DNA of 61,886 nucleotides, filler included, from Vannella sp. (lineage: Eukaryota): NCBI GenBank assembly GCA_023345925.1. It is 5 parts of 5 records of this genome, joined end to end, with 100 filler letters (N's around TTAATTAATTAA, not from the genome) between each part and the next. Parts side by side here need not be neighbours in the genome. Positions count along the whole stretch, not along the records: positions 1 to 15,109 come from JAJQQN010000182.1; 4 more parts are not named here. One strand, given 5' to 3'. The notes below the pieces were generated by a model. The model was not told the origin of the DNA, made no database searches, and worked only from the letters and a program-made list of their open reading frames with translations. Positions 1 through 11,403 of the stretch are shown here, piece by piece. The position numbers were made by a program, and so were the translations under genes. Within the stretch, counting starts at the first letter, position 1, and each line of letters opens with the position of its first letter.

Positions 1-586
1 CAGAACTGTGCAAGCTGTCGTCGAATAAGAGGAATGACCCGCGCGGACAGGAAGGGGATCTGGTACGTGGCGATGACAATCACGTTAGAGAAATGCTAAG
101 AGATGTTAACACGTTGCTTCAAACTACCCAGTGCCTTCCCACCTTGATCACGACAAAACCAACAGAGTCCTCTCCTCCCTTTCCACGACGTCCGAACACC
201 AGTCCTTCCTTAGGGAAAAATCTGAATAAAGGAGGTGAGTACATAGTAGTAGGGGAGTGTGAGAAGAGTGGCGCGTACTGGTGAACTTCATAACGGTCTC
301 CCGCAAGGGTAACTCCTCGGCCGAAGGTTGTATTGTAGTCATCGTAGATGGTGGTGATATCCCTTTGCTCTGGAATGAGCTTTAAATCACTGTATTACAG
401 GGCTACTTACCCCAGTTCACCTCCTGACAAGGTGATGGTCCCTTCCAAAGAAGCACCTTCAGAGGAAACTAAGACGACATCCTTAATCTGCTCCAGTCCC
501 TTGATAGCATTGAACAGGTCAGCGGTCTTATCGGCAGCGAGCTCTTTGATGTTCAGACCAGCAAGTTGCTCTGAGACGTCCGCCAT
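1..586 (-). CDS. Profilin-like protein (3 introns; runs off the window start)
   Basis: Manual splicing at GT-AG sites gives MADVSEQLAG...GGELEQRDITTIYDDYNTTFGRGVTLAGDRYEVHRFFPKEGLVFGRRGKGGEDSVGFVVIKHFSNVIVIATYQIPF. This fits the profilin pattern (G-V-T-L-x-G-x-R/K-Y; G-R-x-G; I-V-I-A-T-Y). Confidence 0.7.
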
Positions 587-729
587 GCTGAGAAAAGAAA
601 ATATGAGGCATATAATGCAATTCACATGATTTATTTATTCGCTTTTCCTTGATGGTCAAAATTCTAATCAAGCTGGCGGAGCAGGTTTTGATGGGTTCTC
701 GTTGGATGCCTTGTTGTGAAGATGGGTTG

Positions 730-924
730 TTACAACTTCTCAGCCATGGCAACGAAAGTTTCATAGTACCTCTCGGAGCACCGCTCAACGCAGGTCATTT
801 GGGACTCTGTGAACTCTGGAGTGATCGTTTTGATGCAAACATCAAAGCATGTTGCTGCTGTCCGATCCATCAGGGCATTCCACACCTGCTTGTACGCGTT
901 CTTGGTTCGCTGGTTGCTGTCCAT
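730..924 (-). CDS. Small Tim (Tim9/Tim10/Tim8/Tim13 family) mitochondrial intermembrane-space chaperone
   Basis: About 64 aa with a twin CX3C motif (CFDVC...CVERC) and family-typical spacing. Confidence 0.8.
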   Translation of the reverse strand: MDSNQRTKNAYKQVWNALMDRTAATCFDVCIKTITPEFTESQMTCVERCSERYYETFVAMAEKL

Positions 925-1063
925 CAAGAGCTCCCAAGAAAAGAATGAGTAACCAAGCCATTTCCTCGAAGTTGAACTTTAATCCTAAATAATACCAATT
1001 GAATGAAATTCAATCAAAGGATAGTAAGTCTTTAGCATTTGGTCCATTACAGGATCCAAGGAG

Positions 1064-4000
1064 ATGGCAGACCAGGAGCGGACTGTCTTCAACCCTTTAC
1101 TGGCTCTCCGTGAGGAAAGGGATAAGAAGGGAGCTGTGCCACAGCTACGGAGGGCTAATTCTCCCCGCAGCGAAGTACGGCCGCGTTCGTTGGGGACAGT
1201 CGGGAGCGATCTTGCGCCTTCTCTGGTGATTGTTGGAAAGCGGCGCAAGCTGCGACCGTCTAGGGGATCTACCGCTAGTGAAAATGTTTCAACTAGTAGC
1301 TCGGTGCCATCTGTGGTCAGGCAAACTGACACGCCTTCGCTTATGACAGATCCGAAGGCTGCCAAATACTTCTTCTCCTCTCCCTCCTCTCCTACCAGAC
1401 AGGAGGATGGAAAAGGCATCCTACAAGGCAACGTTGAAGTGCTTCGCCGAGAGCTTCGCGCGGGGCTGGCAACCAACACCAAGCTGCAGGCGATCCTCGT
1501 GCTAGGAGCGCCAGGTTCGGGCAAATCCGAGTTTATACAGAAGGCCATGCGATCCGAAGGCATTCTATTGGACCCTACACAGACTCCTTCTATCAAGGAC
1601 ATCGTGGTTGGACTCTTACAGGCCTCCAAATCATCAAACAACTCGGAGGCGCTGTTCACAATGGTGGAACTCCATGAAACTCACGAGATCCTTCCCTACT
1701 GCAACGAACCTCTCTCTTCCTTCATTGTCATGTTCGATTGTAGCCGCCTTGAATCACTGAAAGTAGCGGAAGAGACAATCAAGTACATCCAACATCATCG
1801 AAGCCCTCTCTTTCGGACTTCTATTCTCCTTCTAGTCCACAAGATTGATTCCTTTGCCACAGGGTCACCAATGGAGCACTATTTTGAGGCTGCGTTATCC
1901 CTAGCTCAAAGATATCGATGCCTAGTCATTCCCTCCACATTGACGATGAATCATACCAACTTGTCTCGTTGCATTCAGGCTGTCCTTTTACCTTCTCAAG
2001 ACATGGCATCTCAATGTGCCTTCGATGATGGCTTGTCTCCCTCTATTGAAGACTTTTTGTGGGTCAAGAAAGGAGATGAGGCGTGGCACTCTGCCTTTTG
2101 CATGGTGAAAGGCGAGTTCTTCCTTCAGCAAGTTGATGAGAAGATGACTGTCCTCTTCCTTACAGTTTGTGAGACCCAGGAGTCTCGAGGGTTGGAGCCA
2201 GATAGCCCCCTCGATGGCAAATGGGCCTTTTCAATCACAACCCCACAGTCAGAGACCTACTACTTTGTCACTCAATCTGAAATGGCGCTCCAGAGGTGGA
2301 CCTTCTCTTGTCGAACTCAATTGTCACTCGATCGGTCAAGTGACTCGGTTGTGCAGCCTTCTGACCAGTTCTCGCGCTTAATTGGTGTTGCCAATCGTAT
2401 TCATTGTGCTGATTGCCGGGCTGTTGGCTGTCCTTTTGTTTCAAAGGAGTATTTGGTATTCTTATGTCGAGCTTGTTCACAGGCTCATGCTCTGACATTG
2501 CCTGGGGAGCTCGCCCTTATTCTATCTCAACAGGAGCTTTTTTCTTCTTCGCGACTTTGGCCTGCTCTTCACTCTCAATGCAACGAAAACTTCAATATGG
2601 TTTGGGAGGGTAAGAGTGGGTCTCCTTCCCTTTCCCTAGAGAGTAGCGCTGAGAATCGCTCGGACTTTGTGAAACGAAAGTACCAGTCAAGAGAGTTTTA
2701 TAGCGTATCCAGTGAGCCCCTCTTCATGCCCGACCACTTACAGTCCGCAATGTGGGCTGAAGCTTTCGTGGATGTGAATTCATCAGGCCAACTGGTGATC
2801 AGCAGAGACCCAGAGTATCAAGTGACAGTGGACTCTTCGTTCATAGGATGGTGTACGTTCTATTGTGGAGAGGATGTTGGGCTCTCTGGGGGTTACTTTT
2901 GCATAATGACACCGCAGAGGACAAACCTTATTCGTGCTAGCGCCAAGCATTCAGCTGAGCAGTGGGTCTCCAAATTACAGTCTATCGCAGTGAGAGTTCA
3001 CCACTCCACTTACTCTTCCGTACCTCTGCGCCATCGCAAGACTCTCTCCCAACTATCGACAGACGACCTTGCAATGTCTCATGTCAGCAGTCTATTTAGG
3101 GAGAAGAAGAGCTTCCAGGGTATCGTTCAGCAACGAATAGAGTGCGAACAACGAAAAACATGGTTGGAATCAGAGCTGAAGGAAACCCTTTCCGAGTTGA
3201 AGAGACTTAAGCAACGCGAAGAGACTTCTAATAGAAAGATCGCAGCATTGGAGGGTGCAACTGCCACAGCTTGTAAAGAGTATCTCGAGTTATTGCACGA
3301 AAGCCATCGCCGTGCTGCAGTCCTTCCCCCTTTGGCCTCTCATTTCACAGCTTCTGATTATGGAAACTCCATCTCCAAGGGATCTGCGAAAAGAGTGGGC
3401 CTCTTACGAGAGGTAGAAAGCGGGGTTCTCTCGATGACAAAGCAGAGTGTCCGTGGAGGTACTCTCAATAAGCTGGTGGAGGTTGCCACTTGCCCCCTCT
3501 ACAACGGTGAGGAGAACATGATTCAGATTCTCTTGAATACTTTTCCATCTTTTACCTCTTCCTTGGCACTCTTGCATGAATTGATGAGAGTCTTCACGCT
3601 TCCTGTTAGAGATTCAAGCTCCGCTGTTGGGAAAATTCTACAAGACCACTTGGAGGAGCCTTCAATCTCTCTTGAGACAGAGCCAATGCGCTACGAGCAG
3701 CAAGTGCGCACGAAAGTTCTTCAAACACTGGAGCAATGGATGGACCAGTTCTGGGGATCAGACTTCAACGACCCCGCCTTGTCTTTGCACTTATCAACTT
3801 ATGTTGACCGGATTATAGAGAGAATCCCTGAATTCCACTCTACAGCAGTGGATTTGAGAGCGTCGATTAACGTGCGATTCAACGCCTGCACACGATACCA
3901 AGCCTCCTCACCAAAGTTGCACCGTCTTCGCCATTCCCGAGCTTTGGAGGACCTCAGCGTTGATTGCAAATTAGAGAAAGAGACGGTTGATACTCTCATT

Positions 4001-4762
4001 GATCTAGACGTGTCTGAAGTAGCTCAGCAAATGTGTCTGAATGATCATGACCTTCTCTGTTCTATTCATGTCCGAGAGTTGTTGGATAAGGCCTGGAACT
4101 GTCCCAATCGAGAGCAAATGTCACCGAATGTGACAGAGATGACAAAGCAATTCAATTTATTATCTCAGTGGGTCGCCACATGCATCATCAAACGTCTCAA
4201 AAGACGTTCCCGCATCCGAGTGATGGAGTGGTTCATCCTCCTCAGCGTCCAATGTGCCAAACTGGGTAATTTCCATGCATTAGTCTCCATCCTAGGTGGT
4301 ATCCGAGATCCCAGTGTCCAGCGACTTAAGAAAACTTGGGAGGGGTTGGCACCTCGGGTGCTCGTCTCCCTTGAGGAAATGGAGTCTCTCATTGACATTA
4401 GTGGGAACTGGGCCAACTACAGACAAACCATGGGTTCATTCATGAATCAAGGAAAGCCTTGCATTCCCTACATTGGTGTCTTCCTCAAAGACCTCGTCTT
4501 CATTGAAGACGGACTTCCCAACTGCCTTCAAGAAGACGGCGAATCACTCATCCACATTGGCAAGTTCCGCAAGGTCTCCCACATCATCGAGGAACTGAAA
4601 TCCCTGCAACGCTGCACCTTCCCAGTGAGTCCCTGCGAACCCATCCAAAATGCCCTTTCTGCGTCCTTCTCAGCTTTCCCTCTTTTGGGCGAAAAGGAGA
4701 GATTTGAGCAATCGCAGATTGCTGAGCCTCGCCAACAACTTAAGAAATCTATTAAACTCTAA
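1064..4762 (+). CDS. Multidomain RasGEF: Ras-like P-loop domain, PH, ArfGAP-like Zn finger, PH, coiled coil, REM, CDC25
   Basis: Uninterrupted 1232-aa ORF. Motifs: GAPGSGKS and HKID; CADC-x16-CRAC; GGTLNKLV and TFPSF (REM); GNFHAL, RLKKTW and PCIPYIGVFLKDLVFIEDG (CDC25 catalytic domain). Confidence 0.9.
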   Translation: MADQERTVFNPLLALREERDKKGAVPQLRRANSPRSEVRPRSLGTVGSDLAPSLVIVGKRRKLRPSRGSTASENVSTSSSVPSVVRQTDTPSLMTDPKAAKYFFSSPSSPTRQEDGKGILQGNVEVLRRELRAGLATNTKLQAILVLGAPGSGKSEFIQKAMRSEGILLDPTQTPSIKDIVVGLLQASKSSNNSEALFTMVELHETHEILPYCNEPLSSFIVMFDCSRLESLKVAEETIKYIQHHRSPLFRTSILLLVHKIDSFATGSPMEHYFEAALSLAQRYRCLVIPSTLTMNHTNLSRCIQAVLLPSQDMASQCAFDDGLSPSIEDFLWVKKGDEAWHSAFCMVKGEFFLQQVDEKMTVLFLTVCETQESRGLEPDSPLDGKWAFSITTPQSETYYFVTQSEMALQRWTFSCRTQLSLDRSSDSVVQPSDQFSRLIGVANRIHCADCRAVGCPFVSKEYLVFLCRACSQAHALTLPGELALILSQQELFSSSRLWPALHSQCNENFNMVWEGKSGSPSLSLESSAENRSDFVKRKYQSREFYSVSSEPLFMPDHLQSAMWAEAFVDVNSSGQLVISRDPEYQVTVDSSFIGWCTFYCGEDVGLSGGYFCIMTPQRTNLIRASAKHSAEQWVSKLQSIAVRVHHSTYSSVPLRHRKTLSQLSTDDLAMSHVSSLFREKKSFQGIVQQRIECEQRKTWLESELKETLSELKRLKQREETSNRKIAALEGATATACKEYLELLHESHRRAAVLPPLASHFTASDYGNSISKGSAKRVGLLREVESGVLSMTKQSVRGGTLNKLVEVATCPLYNGEENMIQILLNTFPSFTSSLALLHELMRVFTLPVRDSSSAVGKILQDHLEEPSISLETEPMRYEQQVRTKVLQTLEQWMDQFWGSDFNDPALSLHLSTYVDRIIERIPEFHSTAVDLRASINVRFNACTRYQASSPKLHRLRHSRALEDLSVDCKLEKETVDTLIDLDVSEVAQQMCLNDHDLLCSIHVRELLDKAWNCPNREQMSPNVTEMTKQFNLLSQWVATCIIKRLKRRSRIRVMEWFILLSVQCAKLGNFHALVSILGGIRDPSVQRLKKTWEGLAPRVLVSLEEMESLIDISGNWANYRQTMGSFMNQGKPCIPYIGVFLKDLVFIEDGLPNCLQEDGESLIHIGKFRKVSHIIEELKSLQRCTFPVSPCEPIQNALSASFSAFPLLGEKERFEQSQIAEPRQQLKKSIKL

Positions 4763-4797
4763 TTTCGGATGATTGTGGTTTGAGGACCCATTTGATA

Positions 4798-6283
4798 ATG
4801 GCCGCCTCTGGCGCGCCCACATGGGAGAAGGATGTGGAGAATGCGCCGAGCGTGACTTCACAGAGGTTGCCTACGAGAGCTATCAGTGTGAGGATGGATC
4901 TTGGGGCGACGCCGCGGGGACTCTCTCGGTCACAACCTGCGGTTTCCAAATCATCGCGGAAGGGCGGGTCGTCGTCTCGATTGAACTCACCAGCACCCAC
5001 TAAACTATCGAAGAAGTCTGCCCCGTTGCATACCGGGTCTTCTGTTCCCGAGCCCAAGAAAACACGCCCGCCACCAGACATACACGCGCCCACCATCTCC
5101 AATCTCTCTCTCGCCTTTAGCACGGTTTGTCATGTCTCCAACGGGAGTAGTCATAGACTCACAGGGTACAGATACTCTTTGATGATAGCTTCTACGTTGT
5201 GGACTTCCTTCTGCGTCGAACGCAAGGGGACTGCTTCATTATGATGCTCAAGTCGATGCTGGACATTGCCATCATCGAGAACAACACACCAGATATACTA
5301 TGCAAGCTCTTTGCGAGGGCATACGATCGCTTAGGGACAGGTACGGTTTGCGGGAGTCAACGGTCGACAGAGACTGACCTGTCTTAGGCAACCTGGAGAC
5401 ACCACGAGTCCTCTTAAGCGTTCCTTTAGGTGCAAAAGTGACACCTCAGAAGGTTCTCATCCGGTTCGCCTTTGATCTCTCTGCCTTTCAGGAGTGGATG
5501 GGGGCTTTCATCTTCGTGGGGCTTCGTAACTCTCCGTTGATCAAGAAGATCGACATGAAGAGCACAGAGATCATGAAAACGCTGACAGATACTGTGGATG
5601 ACATAGAATCCCTTGAAGTGTCAGGGACGACGATTGCCCCTGACTCAGAGCTCCAGTCCATGTTCCCCTTCGCCTTCCCGGGCTGTGATCCTGCCTTGGT
5701 CATCACTCCGTTATTAGAAGCTTGTGTAGAGCTGATGAAGAACCTCTCTACGTGCTGTGAGGGCCAGGTGAGCTTTGACGTGGTCACTTTATACATCAAA
5801 TACGTCGCTCTTGTCCGTTCTGGTGGCTATTCTTCAGCAGAACTGAGTAGGATCTTCTTCTGGTGCTTTCTATTACCATTCTTCAATCTGGACTCGATCT
5901 ACGTCATGAGGAGGACGAACATGCGACCGCCGCAAACAAACAAGTTCGTCCTGTGCTTCTTGGTCATTCGAGCCACTGTCCTGGGTGAAGGACTCAAAGA
6001 GATGCTCCCTTCCATCTCCAACACAGACCGTACGCTACTAGCAGACATCCGGGAGCAGTTTCGCCTCCTAAGCGAGTATTTTCGAACGACCCACGAGCAA
6101 GAGCTGAGCGACACGATCATGCATTATGGCCTCACAGCGGATGAGGGTCGTGCAACACTCCTTCTGGCTCGTGAGTTCTCCTCTCACCTTGATGTCATCT
6201 CAGAAGAGCTCCTGGCCGACACCGCCACTCACACCGACCTTCTCTATCAGTTTGCCCCTTTCATCCGTGCTGGTCTACGGTAG
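4798..6283 (+). CDS. Hypothetical helical protein with 2 introns; weak RasGAP-like resemblance
   Basis: Exons join in frame through GT-AG introns (~5125-5170, 5341-5387). The N-terminus is basic and Ser/Pro-rich. RIFFWCFLLPFF only loosely recalls the RasGAP FLR region. Confidence 0.55.
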
Positions 6284-6370
6284 CCCACCACTCGCGTATT
6301 GTACCATACTTCGAAGCTTGCGATAAGAAACGCCGATTCGACACGCCTTAGCTCATTCTTTCTCCCCTCG

Positions 6371-7489
6371 ATGAGGTGGGCATGGGGATGGGCTTGGGGC
6401 GCTTTAGGTCTCTCGCTTGTTATGGGGCTTCTCTTTCTTGGCTTTCCCATGACCAATCGGAAGGAGAGAGGTGCTCCTGCACAGGTAGTGGTGGTGGGGG
6501 CGTGCTTGTTGGACTTTCTAGCGGAGCCAACAAGCGAGAGGTTGTTGGTTGGGACTTCTAATCCTGGTCGTGTCTCTCGCTCTTGGGGCGGAGTTGCTCG
6601 TAATATGGCTACTAGCGCTTCAGTAGCAGCGCTTGTACTCCTCGAAGGAGCTCAGGTGGAGACTGTGAGCCTCATTTCGGTCGTGGGGAAGGACGCTCTT
6701 GGCGATTCGTTCTTCCCAGAGCATCGAACCTTCGATACATCTCGTGTAATACAGGTGGATGAGCCATCTGGAGTATACCTTGCTATCTCTGAGGGTAGCT
6801 GGAAGAAGAATGACCTTCACGCGGCAATCGCGCAAGTCGAGATCCTCCATCGGATGACTTCTGAGCACTTGCGACAGTTCTCCAATGCAATTGAGTCTGC
6901 TAAGATCGTTGTAGTTGATGCGAACCTGCCTTTAGAGTCTCTTTCGTTCCTTGTCGACCTCTGCCGCCTTCGCGGTGTGGCTTTGTGGTACGAACCGACA
7001 TCCGTTCCCAAAGCTCCTCGACTTTTAGAGGCAGGCGCCTCTCTCCTAGGAGAGACTCTTATCTCACCGAACTCTCACGAGCTCGCTGTCATGGCAGAAT
7101 GGCTTCGAGTGCATCAACCCAACACTGTGGAAGAGGCAAAGGCGCTCTGTCCATCTCAGACAGGTCCAAGAGCTGATCTGGAGCAAGACGCTTGTCTACT
7201 ATTAGCTGCAGGAGTACGCCATGTGATAACAACGTTGGGGGCTGACGGGACGCTCTTGGCCACAAGAGCTGACCCTTCGAGCCCCACATCCGTCCAAATC
7301 CATCATTTTCCAGCCCCTCCTGCTGACGTCATCCAAGTCAACGGAGCGGGAGATGCCATGGCAGGATGTACCATTGCATCTATCGTATCGGGAAAGTCCC
7401 TTCCCCGAAGCATCGAAATTGGTCAACTTTGTGCCAAGTTGATCATCGAAGGCCGCCCTCTCAGCGACTTGCCCACTTTACTTCAATGA
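6371..7489 (+). CDS. PfkB-family kinase, pseudouridine-kinase-like, with N-terminal hydrophobic segment
   Basis: SNPGRVSRSWGGVARN, EPTSVPKA, PNSHEL, TLGADG and the GAGDA anion-hole motif. Confidence 0.85.
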   Translation: MRWAWGWAWGALGLSLVMGLLFLGFPMTNRKERGAPAQVVVVGACLLDFLAEPTSERLLVGTSNPGRVSRSWGGVARNMATSASVAALVLLEGAQVETVSLISVVGKDALGDSFFPEHRTFDTSRVIQVDEPSGVYLAISEGSWKKNDLHAAIAQVEILHRMTSEHLRQFSNAIESAKIVVVDANLPLESLSFLVDLCRLRGVALWYEPTSVPKAPRLLEAGASLLGETLISPNSHELAVMAEWLRVHQPNTVEEAKALCPSQTGPRADLEQDACLLLAAGVRHVITTLGADGTLLATRADPSSPTSVQIHHFPAPPADVIQVNGAGDAMAGCTIASIVSGKSLPRSIEIGQLCAKLIIEGRPLSDLPTLLQ

Positions 7490-7526
7490 TAAAATAACCC
7501 AAACTGCGCTTTTGGAAAACGGACCA

Positions 7527-7570
7527 CCTAAACCCTAAACCCTATTGTGAACCCTAACCCTGTCCTAAAC
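7527..7570. repeat. Interstitial telomere-like repeats (CCCTAAA/CCCTAA)
   Basis: cctaaaccctaaaccctattgtgaaccctaaccctgtcctaaac, ending 11 bp before the GST ATG. Confidence 0.8.
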
Positions 7571-7581
7571 TTCATTTTCTG

Positions 7582-8799
7582 ATGGGGCGCTCTTGGGCGG
7601 AGCTGGCCGCGGTGGCAAGTGCTTGGAGGGTGGCAGATACAGTCAATGGTCCTTCCAACTCCAGGGCAGCGCTGCGGTTGTTTGGGGGGCAAGAGAAGGA
7701 TGTCCGAGTGACGTTGTATCGGGACAACCATGCGTGGTGCCCTTATTGCCAGAAAGTGTGGCTCTGGCTTGAGGAGAAGCGTGTCCCTTACCGCATCCGC
7801 AAAGTGACTATGTTCTGTTACGGTCAGAAGGAAGCGTGGTACAAGCAGATCGTCCCTTCAGGAATGCTGCCAGCCATTGAGTTAGACGGAACGCTGATCA
7901 CCGAGAGCGATGACATTCTACTGGCTTTGGAGGGCGCCTTTGGACCACTGTATCGATCGATGCAAGACTCTCAAGTGATGCAACTGCGGCGACTGGAAAG
8001 ACTCCTGTTCCGTGCGTGGTGCTCCTGGCTCTGCTATCCTGCTCATTCCAGTCAAGAGGAGCGCCGCAACTTGATACAGTTTCAAGAGACTGCAAAGATG
8101 GTGGAGAAGGCGCTGGCTGATACTCCTGGTCCGTACTTTATGGAGGAGTTTGGGATTGCTGACGTTGTTTTCACCCCGTATGTGGAGCGCATGAGTGCCA
8201 GCCTTTACTACTACAAAGGATACAATCTCAGGAAGGAGAACCCGCATCTTGGTGCTTGGTTTGATGCCATGGAGACGCGGGAGACTTACCGAGGGACTCA
8301 AAGCGACTTCCACACTCATGTGCATGACCTTCCACCACAAATGGGAGGCTGCTATAGCAACGGATCTGCCCAGGCGAAGGAGAACCAGTCTTTTGTGGAT
8401 CAGGGGCCGTGGGATACCTTGCCAGAGACTTCCTATCTCGAGTCAGACTCCTCTCGGGTCGAGGCCTTGGCTAGAGTGATCAAGCACAAAGATAACATCA
8501 TCAAGGTGAACCCAATGGATGATGCAGTGATGGACGAGGCTCTCCGAGTCGCATTGACGAACTTAATGGAGGAAACGAACATTGCTCCCCCTCCCAACTC
8601 CGATGTGGGACTGCGCTACCTTCGTGACCGCATCAACGTTCCAAGAGACATGTCTCTCTTTGCGGCGCGGAGACTTCGTGAGGCGCTGGAGCGAACAGCC
8701 AGCCTGTGCGGGACAGGACAGCCCTCACCCATTCCCATCAGAGACCGCCGGGACCAGGACCCATTGGCTTTCAAACATACTATACCCCAGGGCGCTTAG
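7582..8799 (+). CDS. Glutathione S-transferase family protein, cyanobacterial type (CPYC active site), intronless
   Basis: [67 protein letters not shown] and C-terminal RRDQDP. Confidence 0.9.
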   Translation: MGRSWAELAAVASAWRVADTVNGPSNSRAALRLFGGQEKDVRVTLYRDNHAWCPYCQKVWLWLEEKRVPYRIRKVTMFCYGQKEAWYKQIVPSGMLPAIELDGTLITESDDILLALEGAFGPLYRSMQDSQVMQLRRLERLLFRAWCSWLCYPAHSSQEERRNLIQFQETAKMVEKALADTPGPYFMEEFGIADVVFTPYVERMSASLYYYKGYNLRKENPHLGAWFDAMETRETYRGTQSDFHTHVHDLPPQMGGCYSNGSAQAKENQSFVDQGPWDTLPETSYLESDSSRVEALARVIKHKDNIIKVNPMDDAVMDEALRVALTNLMEETNIAPPPNSDVGLRYLRDRINVPRDMSLFAARRLREALERTASLCGTGQPSPIPIRDRRDQDPLAFKHTIPQGA

Positions 8800-8909
8800 A
8801 ACTTCCATCGCTGAAACTGACTGCTTCATGAACACCATTATTGACTTGAGTTGCATCCCGAGCCTCCTCTTCCTCTGGTCGGGGCCACTTTATTGTAAGA
8901 TACACGGGT

Positions 8910-10902
<1,993 letters not shown>

Positions 10903-11403
10903 CCCAAAAATGCACCTTTCAGGCGTCCGGATCATCACAAGCACCCTCACTTGGAGTGATACACACGGTGAGGGACCAATGAGAGGCTTGGAGTGGCTAT
11001 CCAGTTGGTGCCGGCTGAGTCGATGGTGAAGTGTCAGAAGTGTGACATTGTAGGAGGGTGGAGAGGGGGGTTTGGAGGTCTGACAGTGTGGTGGGTTAGG
11101 AGCAGAATGAGGAGGGCTATTGCGAGGAGTGTGGCGGCCAGACAACAGTGACGAAAGTGTCCAGCAGTGAAACCGTTCAAGAAGGGAAGCCTGCCGTGAG
11201 CGCTGTTTGCTGTTCTCTTGTTTAATGAACGTTCTTAGTCTTCATTGAGAGCCCAATGGACTCCAGGCAGAGCTCTGACAGCGAACGAGAACGCTTTTGA
11301 GTTTCCTTCCCTGAGGGAACCCTTCCTCCTCTTCAAGAGCTTTATTTGAAGAAGATGCGAGCGCCAGAGAAGGAGAACGGGAGGAGTTCGACTCGTGGAG
11401 TGA

